From Candidatus Sumerlaeaceae bacterium (lineage in GTDB: Bacteria; Sumerlaeota; Sumerlaeia; Sumerlaeales; Sumerlaeaceae), in assembly GCA_049968255.1 (NCBI GenBank), contig JBMFRB010000002.1, positions 96,001 through 160,000 of the forward strand: DNA of 64,000 bases, in the 5' to 3' direction. Positions 27,918-37,133 of this stretch are shown one piece after another. The notes under the pieces are model-generated. The model did no database searches. It was not told where the DNA came from and saw only the letters and a program-made list of their open reading frames with translations. How positions within the stretch are numbered: position 1 is the first letter of the stretch; each line of letters opens with the position of its first letter. A program made the position numbers and the translations under genes.

Positions 27918-28005
27918 GGAGGGGTGGCCGAGTGGTTAATGGCAACAGACTGTAAATCTGTCGCGCTAACGCGCTACGGAGGTTCGAATCCTCCCCCCTC
28001 CACCA
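27918..28005 (+). tRNA. tRNA-Tyr (GTA)
   Basis: Acceptor stem GGAGGGG/CCCCTCC with encoded ACCA; D-arm GCCGAGTGGTTAATGGC; anticodon arm ACAGA-CTGTAAA-TCTGT; long variable arm; T-loop GGTTCGAATCC. Confidence 0.97.
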
Positions 28006-28011
28006 GCTTTT

Positions 28012-29223
28012 CTACGCGAGGCCGAGAGCAGCCAGAAGTTTCTTTTCCAACTGTTGAAGAGTTATGTATTCGGGCAGAGTTGCGCCTGCCGAGACAATGT
28101 TCGTGTCTTTTGGTCCCGCGCCAGTGAGCATAGCCACTACTGGGGCATCGCGTGAAAGCACTCTGCGCCGTGCGAGGTTGCGCAAGGCAGGCAGAACAAG
28201 AGCGCTTGAAGGTTCAAGCCACAGGCCCGCGCGGAGTGCAATTTGCCAACCTTCTCTAATCTCATCTTCTGTCACAACTTCAGCGAGCCACTGATACCGC
28301 TTGGCTAGTTCAAGGACGTCGGTGCCGCCCGGCGGCGCATTATTGGTAAGCGCACTCGCGAGCGTTTGAGGGGGTGGATAGGGAATCGGATCCGACAAGT
28401 CGGCGAGGATGGCGTCGGCCAACGGCGCGTTCGCGGCTGCTTGGATGAGGATCATCCTTGGTAAGGTTTCGATGATCCCAGCTTGTTCGAGTTCACGCCA
28501 GCCTTTATGGAGGCCGCGAATGTGGCCAGCTGCACTTGTGGCTACGGCGACAAAATCCGGAATCATTCCCTCGAGCTGTTCGAGCAGCTCAAATGATGCG
28601 AACTTATAGCCCTCCACGCGGATCGGATTTGCTCCGGAAGTTATGCGGAGTTTGAGTGCGCGAGCCAGCGCAGCGAGGTGCCTTTTGAGTAGCCCGAGGT
28701 CGGGCGTTTTGACGCGAAGAATTTTCGCCCCGTAAAGGGCGGCTGAGAGGAGCTTTTCGGGGGCGGCTGTTGCTGGGACAATGATCACGGCCTGGAGTCC
28801 GCAACGTGCGGCGTAGGCTGCCACCGACTGCCCCATGTTGCCAGTGGAGACTGTTGCCAAGTAGTGTTCGCCAAGTTGGCGTGCGAGAGCACAGCAAGCC
28901 ACAGTCCCCCGATCTTTGAAACTCCATGTGGGATTCGCTGTTTCATTCTTGAGAAAAAGCCGATCTAGTCCTGTGTAGGCTTTCACACTTGCCGGGGCCT
29001 TGATGAGTGGTGTGTGCCCCTCGCCGAGTGTGCAGTGAGCGCAATCGACCTCGAGGTGCCAGAAATCGGCAAAGCGCTCGTAAACCGTGCGTCCTGTTCT
29101 TATGCGAGCTGCGCGATGCAGCTGGCCTTGAAGCTCGAGTGTTTCGCCGTCATCGCCAAACTCGTCAAGTTGTGTGAATGGATAGGGGCGTCCCGTTCGC
29201 AGTCCTATGAAAGCTGCACTCAT
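28012..29223 (-). CDS. thrC: threonine synthase-like fold-type II PLP enzyme
   Basis: TLGEGHTPL, KNETANPTWSFKDRG (PLP lysine), STGN, LEPSSA, LTGAGPKD. Confidence 0.8.
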   Translation of the reverse strand: MSAAFIGLRTGRPYPFTQLDEFGDDGETLELQGQLHRAARIRTGRTVYERFADFWHLEVDCAHCTLGEGHTPLIKAPASVKAYTGLDRLFLKNETANPTWSFKDRGTVACCALARQLGEHYLATVSTGNMGQSVAAYAARCGLQAVIIVPATAAPEKLLSAALYGAKILRVKTPDLGLLKRHLAALARALKLRITSGANPIRVEGYKFASFELLEQLEGMIPDFVAVATSAAGHIRGLHKGWRELEQAGIIETLPRMILIQAAANAPLADAILADLSDPIPYPPPQTLASALTNNAPPGGTDVLELAKRYQWLAEVVTEDEIREGWQIALRAGLWLEPSSALVLPALRNLARRRVLSRDAPVVAMLTGAGPKDTNIVSAGATLPEYITLQQLEKKLLAALGLA

Positions 29224-29241
29224 TTGACGTGCATCCTGATT

Positions 29242-29874
29242 TTAGTCCATTATGGGCTCGAGCAACAACCGGTAGAACCGAAAACTCAACAGCCGGTTGT
29301 CCGCGCAGCTGTCCTCAACGTCGCTCCGTGCGATTGCATAATTTGCTTTGAAATATAAAATGTTTTTCTCTTTAAGCAGCTCATGGTGAAGCATCAGCTC
29401 TTGGGGTTGCACATGTGGGACGGGGTCGAAGCCGAGCACAGTAAGTGGCGCATCGTTAAGGCGCAGCTCTAGTTGTGGCCGATCGCGTTTGAGAATCTTC
29501 CATTCTAATTCTTGCGGGAGAACGCCAAGATGTTTCAGCGCTGCAGCGATTGAAAACTTCGCTGTCGTTTGCTCGGCTTTCACGGGGATGACTTTGCGCG
29601 AAAGCTGACGGTCTCCTGCGCAAAGCTGAAATTCCCAAAGCAATGATTCGTAAAGAGCTAGGGGAGCCACCTCAAGGCGTAGACGATAATCGTGCGTGCA
29701 ATCGAGTGGCGGCAAGATGCACCACCCGAGACCATCTGAGAGCCAATTCCATGAGATTCCGCCGAAACGCTCGGGGCCCAGGAAGCTGCCACCGACGTGC
29801 GCTAGCCACTCCCGTTCTCCAAACTCAATGATAATATCAGACTGTTTTTCTGTCACAGGCTGCTCCTGCGTCAC
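29242..29874 (-). CDS. hypothetical protein
   Basis: 210-aa ORF co-oriented with its neighbours; AGGA upstream of a GTG start. Confidence 0.65.
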   Translation of the reverse strand: MTQEQPVTEKQSDIIIEFGEREWLAHVGGSFLGPERFGGISWNWLSDGLGWCILPPLDCTHDYRLRLEVAPLALYESLLWEFQLCAGDRQLSRKVIPVKAEQTTAKFSIAAALKHLGVLPQELEWKILKRDRPQLELRLNDAPLTVLGFDPVPHVQPQELMLHHELLKEKNILYFKANYAIARSDVEDSCADNRLLSFRFYRLLLEPIMD

Positions 29875-29940
29875 AGGTTGCTCGTGCCCCTCAAATCCCC
29901 TTGCCGGAAAAGCGTCGCCGAGGGATCGCCAGTAGATATG

Positions 29941-30462
29941 CTACTTCCGGCGCTGCTTTGGTGTGATAACGTTCTCTGTGCTTGTGTAAGTCTTCGGCAT
30001 GGTCCGCAGGGGATTGAATTTGCTTGTGATCACGGCAAAAGAGGCTTCCTTGCCGGGTTTGAAAACGAGCTTATGGCCCTCGGGAGCAGGGAATTCGTTG
30101 AAGATTGCCCTGCCCATAATTGTCTCACCCGGTCCTAAGCGCGTCGGCACGTCTATGGCTGCATTGTCCGGACTATACGGGACAATGCGGCGTGTGCCTT
30201 GAACAATGAGCGCGAAATGATAGGGACTGACATTGTAGTCACGCGTTGAGTTGTTCGTGATAGCGAACGTAATAATGTTGCCCGAAGCTTCCGCCGCCAT
30301 TGTGAAAGGCGAGGACGCAAATTCGTCAGGAACGGATGGCTCTGGCGAGGAGGAAAGACTAGAATTTGCCTTCATAGGTCTACTTCCGAGTTGAGCGCAG
30401 CCCCCGAAAATCACGCAACACATGACGACAATGAGAGACGTGGCTATACGCAAGCTTTTCAT
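29941..30462 (-). CDS. hypothetical lipoprotein (Ig-like beta sandwich)
   Basis: Lipobox FGGC; FAITNNS...LGPGETIMG pattern. Confidence 0.7.
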   Translation of the reverse strand: MKSLRIATSLIVVMCCVIFGGCAQLGSRPMKANSSLSSSPEPSVPDEFASSPFTMAAEASGNIITFAITNNSTRDYNVSPYHFALIVQGTRRIVPYSPDNAAIDVPTRLGPGETIMGRAIFNEFPAPEGHKLVFKPGKEASFAVITSKFNPLRTMPKTYTSTENVITPKQRRK

Positions 30463-30522
30463 GGGATGCTAGTTTTGGAAGAACGCGACAACGCTTCAAG
30501 GAAAACATAAGTCTTGCCTACC

Positions 30523-31347
30523 ATGGCGTCAGGGGTTCATCTGTGGCCTGTGCTCGTTCCACCCGCGATTGTCATTTCTGTGCCTACGCTGCGTGTAGCG
30601 AAGAAGCTCGCGTCGAAGCTAAGCTTTTCGCGGCGTTTGCACACAGGTTTATTTTCGCTGTGGGAGGGCTATCGCGACGGGGTTCTCGTTGCCGTCGTTT
30701 ATTGTCAGGGCGACGAGGACGTCCACTACGCCTGCGTGCGGCACCTCGCCCATCTCTACCGCGTGGCGTGTGTCACGCTCGTCGAACCAGTTGTTGCTGT
30801 CTCAGAGGATCTTGCTCTTGGGGACGTGATCATCGTACGGGAGGCACGCCATTACTTTTGCCCGACGGCGCTGCCAGGCAATCTTGATGCTCCTAATGAA
30901 CTTCTTTTCCGCGGTGAGCAGGTGCAGGAGTGGCTAGGGGCACCACCCGTTCTTGCCTCTCCAAAATTTCTCGATGCATGGTCTAGGATCAAAGCTCCGG
31001 ATTTGCGGAAAGGAATCAGCACGGTTGCAAAGTTCTGCAATATTGGTTCAAGCTCTCGCCCCATACGCGGTTGGCGCGCCCCCGAATTTGTTCGTAGCCA
31101 TTTTTCTGTCGAGGTTGTGGACGAAGGTGCTTATGGTTTTCTTTGCGCTTGCAAAGATGTCGGCTTAACGGGGGGCATCGTTGGCGTTGTCGAGGCGGCT
31201 GTCACTCATCAGCTTGGAATGACAACGGATTCTGGGACGATGTCACGTAAACTGCAGGAGGCGGCGCTCGCAGCGCTCGACGTGGCTTATGGGGAATTTG
31301 CCAGCATATCTTTTCGACGAATTCTGCCCGAAACCTGCTCGCCTTAG
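30523..31347 (+). CDS. nucleoside phosphorylase / MTA-SAH nucleosidase-fold protein, degenerate
   Basis: DLALGDVII and VVDEGAYG (cf. AVEMEGAA); canonical GxGK and RxxSD motifs are missing. Confidence 0.55.
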   Translation: MASGVHLWPVLVPPAIVISVPTLRVAKKLASKLSFSRRLHTGLFSLWEGYRDGVLVAVVYCQGDEDVHYACVRHLAHLYRVACVTLVEPVVAVSEDLALGDVIIVREARHYFCPTALPGNLDAPNELLFRGEQVQEWLGAPPVLASPKFLDAWSRIKAPDLRKGISTVAKFCNIGSSSRPIRGWRAPEFVRSHFSVEVVDEGAYGFLCACKDVGLTGGIVGVVEAAVTHQLGMTTDSGTMSRKLQEAALAALDVAYGEFASISFRRILPETCSP

Positions 31348-31393
31348 GCGGCGGTTTCAGTTTTGCGGCTTCGTTCGCTTGCCTGAGAGTTTT

Positions 31394-33217
31394 CTAACGC
31401 GATGTGCGGATAATTTCGATGCGCTTGCTCTTTTTGGTGGCCTGCGGCCTAGAACTCGCTGTCTCCTTCGCGGGAATGTTGGCCGGGGAGATCCCTAATG
31501 TTTCCAAGAGAGTTCCTTTCGCTCGCTCCAACTGAATAATGGACTTATTGTACTCGATGATCGCTCGCAAAAGATTGCTGCGTGCTGCGGCGAGGTCGGT
31601 CTGGAAGCGGAGCACTTCAAAACTTGTTGCCAGGCCAACGCTTTGGCGTTTCATGCCTGTGTCAACTTTTTCGCGATTGAATTCCACGGTAGCCATGCCG
31701 ACCTCGATCTGCTGGCGGTTTGTTTCCACAGCGCGGATTGAGCTGCGCACATCCTGGATAATGTCCTGCTGGGCCTTGTCGATCATGAGGATTGCTTGCT
31801 CGATCGCCTTTTCAGCCTCTTTGAAGCGGTAGCGGGCAGCACGGTTTTGCAGAGGATAGCTGAACTGCAAGCCGACTCGCCAGTTACCGTAGTCGTTGCT
31901 GCGCGTCTCATCCCAAGCGCCCCCTGGGGTGTTGTCGACGCCAAGAGCCAGGTAGCGAGCGAACAGGTCAAGCTGCGGCAACGTTTGGTTTCTGGCAAGC
32001 TTGTGCTTGATATCAGCCTGTTCAAGGGCGAGCCGCACTTGGGCAAATTCTGGACGTTTGAGCAACGCCTGTTTGATAAACGCTGCCTCCTTGCCTCTGA
32101 CGTCATATTCGGGCACTTCTGGGAGGTCCATCGGCACCAACGTGACCTCGCGCATGTCGGAGATTTCAGCAAGCTGATTCTTGAGTTGGTCACTAACTTC
32201 CTCGACTGTTTGCAGCGCGTTGACGAGAAGTTGTTGGCGCGCTGCCACATCAGCTTTTGCCTGCAGGACGTCGAGCTCCGGAAGAACACCCGCATTGTAC
32301 TTTGCCGTGTTGACGCGAAGAAGCTCCTGTGCCTGGGCGAGAGAGATCCGGAGAACATCCACGTTTGCTGTTGCGAAAATCAGCTCGTAATAAAGCGAGA
32401 TGGACTTTGTGAGCTCGCCAAAGAGCTGTTGCCGGTAGCTCTCGTTCGCCAGCTTGCTTGCGACTTCTGCAAGCCGAATTCCCGCGTTCGTGACGAAGGT
32501 TCCGGCGTTTTTCAGTAGCGGCTGAGAGACTTGGACTCCGGCGCCCGTGGAATAATATGGGCTAAAGTAGTACGGGGAATTGTTGTCCACGGAGGAGCGC
32601 TGGAAGAGCAATTCGATGAGCCCACCCGTCGGAAGAAGCTGTCCGACACTGACGTTTGTGCTTGTGTCTTTTTGCTTCTGGTCGGCAGCCATGCCCGTCG
32701 GTGGAGTTCCCTTATAGGGTGGCGGGTAATTCGTCCTATCCACAGAGATGCTGGCGCCAAGGCGCAGATCGTAAATGCCGCGCTGTGCCTCGATTTCGTA
32801 AGCGGCGCTTTGCATGCCCAGATCCTGAATTTTGATATTCAGGTTTTTTGCGACTGTTCTTGCAATGACCCCTTCGAGGCCGATGACGACTTTACGGCTT
32901 CGCTTTGAAGAGAGATATTCTTCGAACTCCGCGATATCCGGTAAGCGAAGGCCCGTGCCGCTTGTCTCTGAGGCGGTTAGCGTTCGACTTGTGCCACATT
33001 CGAGCGACGCCGAAGTGGTGAGAGTTCCGAGTTGGGCGCCACACCCGAGCAACTCATGCAGCGTTGGCCGGCGCTGAGTGCTCTGTCTGGCATCTGGCGG
33101 AAAATCCACTGAGTTGCCTGAGATCCTGGTGGGATTGTCGTCTTTGGCGTAGGCAAGCCCCCCCACGCATAAGGCTGCCACGAGAGTCATTGTCCAACTA
33201 TGCCGCATCCTCAACAT
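31394..33217 (-). CDS. TolC-family outer membrane efflux protein
   Basis: Signal peptide; QLLPTGG, SQPLLKNAG, LDVLQA, RPEF, LPQLDL, YPLQNRAAR, GTLLE. Confidence 0.9.
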   Translation of the reverse strand: MLRMRHSWTMTLVAALCVGGLAYAKDDNPTRISGNSVDFPPDARQSTQRRPTLHELLGCGAQLGTLTTSASLECGTSRTLTASETSGTGLRLPDIAEFEEYLSSKRSRKVVIGLEGVIARTVAKNLNIKIQDLGMQSAAYEIEAQRGIYDLRLGASISVDRTNYPPPYKGTPPTGMAADQKQKDTSTNVSVGQLLPTGGLIELLFQRSSVDNNSPYYFSPYYSTGAGVQVSQPLLKNAGTFVTNAGIRLAEVASKLANESYRQQLFGELTKSISLYYELIFATANVDVLRISLAQAQELLRVNTAKYNAGVLPELDVLQAKADVAARQQLLVNALQTVEEVSDQLKNQLAEISDMREVTLVPMDLPEVPEYDVRGKEAAFIKQALLKRPEFAQVRLALEQADIKHKLARNQTLPQLDLFARYLALGVDNTPGGAWDETRSNDYGNWRVGLQFSYPLQNRAARYRFKEAEKAIEQAILMIDKAQQDIIQDVRSSIRAVETNRQQIEVGMATVEFNREKVDTGMKRQSVGLATSFEVLRFQTDLAAARSNLLRAIIEYNKSIIQLERAKGTLLETLGISPANIPAKETASSRPQATKKSKRIEIIRTSR

Positions 33218-33240
33218 GAAGACCCTTTCCGTGAGTCACT

Positions 33241-34386
33241 TTAGTGAGTGCAAAAAATGGTGACCCTGTTTCCGCTGCGACTAGTCACTCGCAGCTGAAA
33301 TGCCTGAAAATCCTGGAGGGCGCGGTCGAGAGCCGAAAAATCTCGCGGTGTCGCCAGCGCGACCACCGCAGTGTTACCGAAATAACTCCTTACGAAGGCG
33401 CGAGTGCCGTAACCCAACGTGTTTTCAAGGTAAGACGTAACCAGCGCGAGTTCGTCGAGCGACAGGTCGGTAAATAGCAATTCATGCGAGGCTTTGGCTC
33501 GGACCGCATGGTTCCAATACATTTGGATTTCTGAGCCAAACCGGTCTGCTGCGAGGTCGATAGCATTCTTCAGAGCTTCGCGCCAAGCGGTCTCTCTTTC
33601 CTTGTCCGCTGCCCGTGCTACAACTTCGTCGCGCCCTAAGGAGGATCCGTCGTCGGTTCTCACTAACTGAAGGACTAGACGAGTTTCATAAGACACCATG
33701 GTGTCGTAGAGTACGGGCGTTTCGCTCACTTTTTTGCTGATGCTGCGTAGGGCAACCATAACGTGGGCACCCTGGCGTAGTGCAGCAATTCTCGCTGCAT
33801 CAAACACTGCGGGACACGCAAAGACATCGGAAAGCGGAGCTGGACAAGTGGGCAGAGATGGCTCGACGACTTTTGCCCCCTTAGCCTTGAATTTCTCGGT
33901 CACGAGCTGGCGTGCTAGACCCGATGACGTCGGCTCACCATCTAGTATTTCAGCGGCGTAAACAAAATAGCTTGGGTTTGCATCGGGGAGATACAAAAAC
34001 CTTTTTTCCCGCAAATCGCGCGTCAGTGTTTCCGGCATGGTTTGCACCCTAATCCGCACGCCGAAACCATCGCGCGAAGCGCGGCGCTCAAGCACATAGG
34101 AAGAGGCAACGAATTTAGGCCAGTTTTTCTGAAGATAAGCTTCCAGCAAGTCACGTCCCTGGAGAGCGTAATCCGAAAAAAGGATATGTCCTACTGTGGC
34201 ATTCACGGCCCTGAGACAAGCGAGCCTTACGGCTTCCTCCTCCGTGGCACCAACTTGCTGATACTCAAAGGTGAGGTAATCAGGGCTTTCCACTGCTACA
34301 GCAGCGAAACCTGTAGGCCGCACGCAAACAAGTGCAAAAAAGAGAAGTGCAAGTTGCCACTTCCGCTGTATGATATACTCATTCAT
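33241..34386 (-). CDS. exported hypothetical protein (FlgT-N/LPP20-like N-terminus)
   Basis: Signal peptide; GATEEEAVRLACLRAV; co-oriented just upstream of TolC. Confidence 0.6.
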   Translation of the reverse strand: MNEYIIQRKWQLALLFFALVCVRPTGFAAVAVESPDYLTFEYQQVGATEEEAVRLACLRAVNATVGHILFSDYALQGRDLLEAYLQKNWPKFVASSYVLERRASRDGFGVRIRVQTMPETLTRDLREKRFLYLPDANPSYFVYAAEILDGEPTSSGLARQLVTEKFKAKGAKVVEPSLPTCPAPLSDVFACPAVFDAARIAALRQGAHVMVALRSISKKVSETPVLYDTMVSYETRLVLQLVRTDDGSSLGRDEVVARAADKERETAWREALKNAIDLAADRFGSEIQMYWNHAVRAKASHELLFTDLSLDELALVTSYLENTLGYGTRAFVRSYFGNTAVVALATPRDFSALDRALQDFQAFQLRVTSRSGNRVTIFCTH

Positions 34387-34516
34387 GATTGTCCCATCCA
34401 GCTCCAGCAGAATCAAACTGCGGTATCTTAGAACTTTCCAAGACAACGTGAACGTGGCATCCGCTCAAGGGTCAAGCACAATTACCTACGTCCTGCGGCA
34501 GCTCCCTGCGATGTGG

Positions 34517-35287
34517 TCATTTGCAGCGCGGCAGTCGCAGGTCGCTTACAAGCGGCCGGTGATCTGATGCCACGCGCGCAAGTGATTTGCGCGATACATA
34601 GCAGCGCATGACTTCAATCTCAGGCGAGACATAGATGTAATCAAGAGCGAGGAACGTCATTGGATGACCGAACGTTCGAAGCCGTTTGCGGCCAGTGACG
34701 AGGCAGGTATTGCGAAAAGCCTCTTGCAGCTTTTTGCTGGTGCGAACAGGCCACCAGTTATTGAAATCTCCCAACACGATGGCGGGGGCTGGTGTTAGGC
34801 GCGGATTGTGGATGATTTCCTCGCTTGCCAAACGTGCCACTTGTTCGCGGCGTTCACTGTAGCGCAGACCCAAATGTACACAAAAGACATGCACGAGGCC
34901 CCACGGTGTCTCGATGAGAGCGTGAAGACATCCCCGTGGTTCTCGGCCACCCGCCACGGAGAGATCGAAATGCGAAGTCGACCGAATGGGGAATCTCGAG
35001 AGAATGGCGTTGCCATAGGCCGCGTGCGCGTGCTTGTCTGATTTGCGGTGGTCGCGTACGGGCGCAAAACAATAGTACATGTCAAGTGTTTCAGCCAGCA
35101 AACGGGGCTGATCATCGCGCCGGGAACGAGAACGGAAACGCTCAATTTCTTGCAAAGCGACAACGTCGGGGCTTTCGCTGGCTAGGACTGCCGCAATCCG
35201 AGAAAGGTCGTAGTGACCGTCGGTGCCACAACCGTGGTGGATGTTATAGGTTAGTACCCGAAGCGTCTCTTGTTCCGGCTCGGCCAT
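34517..35287 (-). CDS. endonuclease/exonuclease/phosphatase (EEP, YbhP-like) family protein
   Basis: LTYNIH, ALQE, GNAILSR, HLGL, GDFN, LDYIY, SDH. Start uncertain (35287 or 35350). Confidence 0.9.
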   Translation of the reverse strand: MAEPEQETLRVLTYNIHHGCGTDGHYDLSRIAAVLASESPDVVALQEIERFRSRSRRDDQPRLLAETLDMYYCFAPVRDHRKSDKHAHAAYGNAILSRFPIRSTSHFDLSVAGGREPRGCLHALIETPWGLVHVFCVHLGLRYSERREQVARLASEEIIHNPRLTPAPAIVLGDFNNWWPVRTSKKLQEAFRNTCLVTGRKRLRTFGHPMTFLALDYIYVSPEIEVMRCYVSRKSLARVASDHRPLVSDLRLPRCK

Positions 35288-35395
35288 TGCTGAGCCGCTC
35301 GGTTTATGCTGCGGATGACGCAGGTTTTTCAGCGGACTTTGTATGTTCATCGCGCCAAACTCTATTCTTACCAACCTCGTGGAGGAAAACGTCAC

Positions 35396-36682
35396 GTGTG
35401 TGCACAGCCCTCGTTGCTTGCGTGGCAAAAGGCACTCACCATCACCGCGAATCATTCGCCGGAGCCCTCCCCAGTAACGATGCCGCTCGTTGCGGCCCAC
35501 GGTCTGGTGATTGCGGAGGACGTTGTATCTGCGCAAGATATTCCTCTATTCACCAGCTCTGCCATGGACGGCTTCGCTGTGATTGCCGATGACGTGAAGG
35601 GAGCCTCGCTCGAATCCGCCGTTACTCTGGAAGTGATCGGAGAAGCGCGAGCTGGTCAACCGTTCCGAGGTGAGGTGGAACACGGTCAGGCGGTGGAGAT
35701 CATGACGGGAGCACCATTACCGGCTGGGGCTGACACGGTTGTCAAGGTCGAGGAAACGCAGCGAATAAGCGAGCGCCAAGTGAGAATTTTTTCAGCAGCT
35801 CCGCCTGCGACAGCGGTCAGAATAGCGGGACGGGATTTTCGCAAAGGTGAGTTGCTGGTCCACCGCGGGGAAAAGCTCACGGCCGGCTTGGCAGCGCTTT
35901 TGGCTGCGGCTGGAATCGGTGAAGTTGCGGTTTATCCGCGACCAAAAGTCGGCATCGTCGTCACTGGCGATGAACTGATGCGACCGGGCAGAAATCGCGC
36001 TCAGATGGAATTTGGTGCTATCTTTGACGCCAACTCCGTCATGCTCGAACTTCTAGTGAAAGAAATCGGGGCTGATGTGATCTTCTGCGAGTGGGTGAAA
36101 GACGATCCTGGGGCTTTGTCCGATGTGTTTCGCAGCCAACGAGGCGATTATGACATACTTATCCTTTCGGGCGGCGTTTCGAAAGGCAAATATGACTATG
36201 TTCGCCCACTCTTCTCTGACTGCGGGGGGGAAGTGCTTTTTTGGGGTGTGAATCAGCAGCCAGGCAAGCCCCTGTTAGTTGGAAAGCTAGATGGCAAGCT
36301 AGTCTTCGGGCTTCCGGGCAATCCTGTCTCCGCTTTCTTCTGTGCGGATCTTTATTTGCGCACAGCTTTGCGGCGGATGAGTGGGGAATCCGACGTTGAG
36401 CCGATCATGGTTACTGTCCTCCTGGGCGAAGAACTTTGCAAAAATGATGAGAGATTGGCATTTCGCCGCGCATACCTCAGTGCTAGGGGGAAACGGGTGA
36501 TTGCCTATGCCTCAGGCCCCTCAGACTCAAATCTTGTTCACACGATCGCCCGTCATCATGGATACATCTTGATTCCGCCGGAAAGGGCTCGAATTCGTCA
36601 AGACGAGCCCGTGCAGTTTTTGCTCCCCGACCCGACGCGGGTGCCGAAGGAACTTTTGAAAACATTGCTTAGTCTCGTGTAA
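35396..36682 (+). CDS. moeA: molybdopterin molybdenumtransferase
   Basis: SAMDGFA, IMTGAPLP, TGDEL, SGGVSKG, PGKP, LPGNP; GGAGG RBS before GTG 35396. Confidence 0.95.
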   Translation: MCAQPSLLAWQKALTITANHSPEPSPVTMPLVAAHGLVIAEDVVSAQDIPLFTSSAMDGFAVIADDVKGASLESAVTLEVIGEARAGQPFRGEVEHGQAVEIMTGAPLPAGADTVVKVEETQRISERQVRIFSAAPPATAVRIAGRDFRKGELLVHRGEKLTAGLAALLAAAGIGEVAVYPRPKVGIVVTGDELMRPGRNRAQMEFGAIFDANSVMLELLVKEIGADVIFCEWVKDDPGALSDVFRSQRGDYDILILSGGVSKGKYDYVRPLFSDCGGEVLFWGVNQQPGKPLLVGKLDGKLVFGLPGNPVSAFFCADLYLRTALRRMSGESDVEPIMVTVLLGEELCKNDERLAFRRAYLSARGKRVIAYASGPSDSNLVHTIARHHGYILIPPERARIRQDEPVQFLLPDPTRVPKELLKTLLSLV

Positions 36683-36758
36683 AAATTCTTCTGGTAAGCC
36701 AAAGAGTGGGTCTTGCGCTTTAGAGCGTCAGCGGCCGCTTAGAAAATGAGGAACACGA

Positions 36759-37064
36759 ATGGAAAACGAAGCTGGTAATGTCCGGCGCGGACGTTCAAAA
36801 AAGCAAGAGGTGCCGGTTGATCAACTCCCACTCGACAAGTGTTTCCAAGAGTTGGAGCAAATTGTAGAGTCATTGGAGCGGGAGAATGTATCGCTAGAGG
36901 AATCTCTGCGATTGTTCGAGCGTGGAATGGCCCTCAGTCGCCGCTGCCTGCGAGAATTGGAGGCTATTGAACAGCGGATTGAAATGATTGTGGAGGATTC
37001 CAAGGAAGGGGTGCGAACGGTAACTTTTGAAACGCCTGAGAACGAAACCGAAGCTGATGAATAG
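36759..37064 (+). CDS. xseB: exodeoxyribonuclease VII small subunit
   Basis: LEQIVESLE...LEESLRLFERG; directly upstream of dxs. Confidence 0.9.
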   Translation: MENEAGNVRRGRSKKQEVPVDQLPLDKCFQELEQIVESLERENVSLEESLRLFERGMALSRRCLRELEAIEQRIEMIVEDSKEGVRTVTFETPENETEADE

Positions 37065-37133
37065 GATACCTCGCCATGGCAGCGATTGTGGTGCCTAACG
37101 TAGTGTTCGCAACTCAATGCTCCTGAGGATAAC

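Noticed and set aside
27918-28020. tRNA-Tyr as an integration site
   Set aside because: No integrase, no duplicated tRNA 3' end seen and no compositional shift; thrC ends 6 nt after the CCA.
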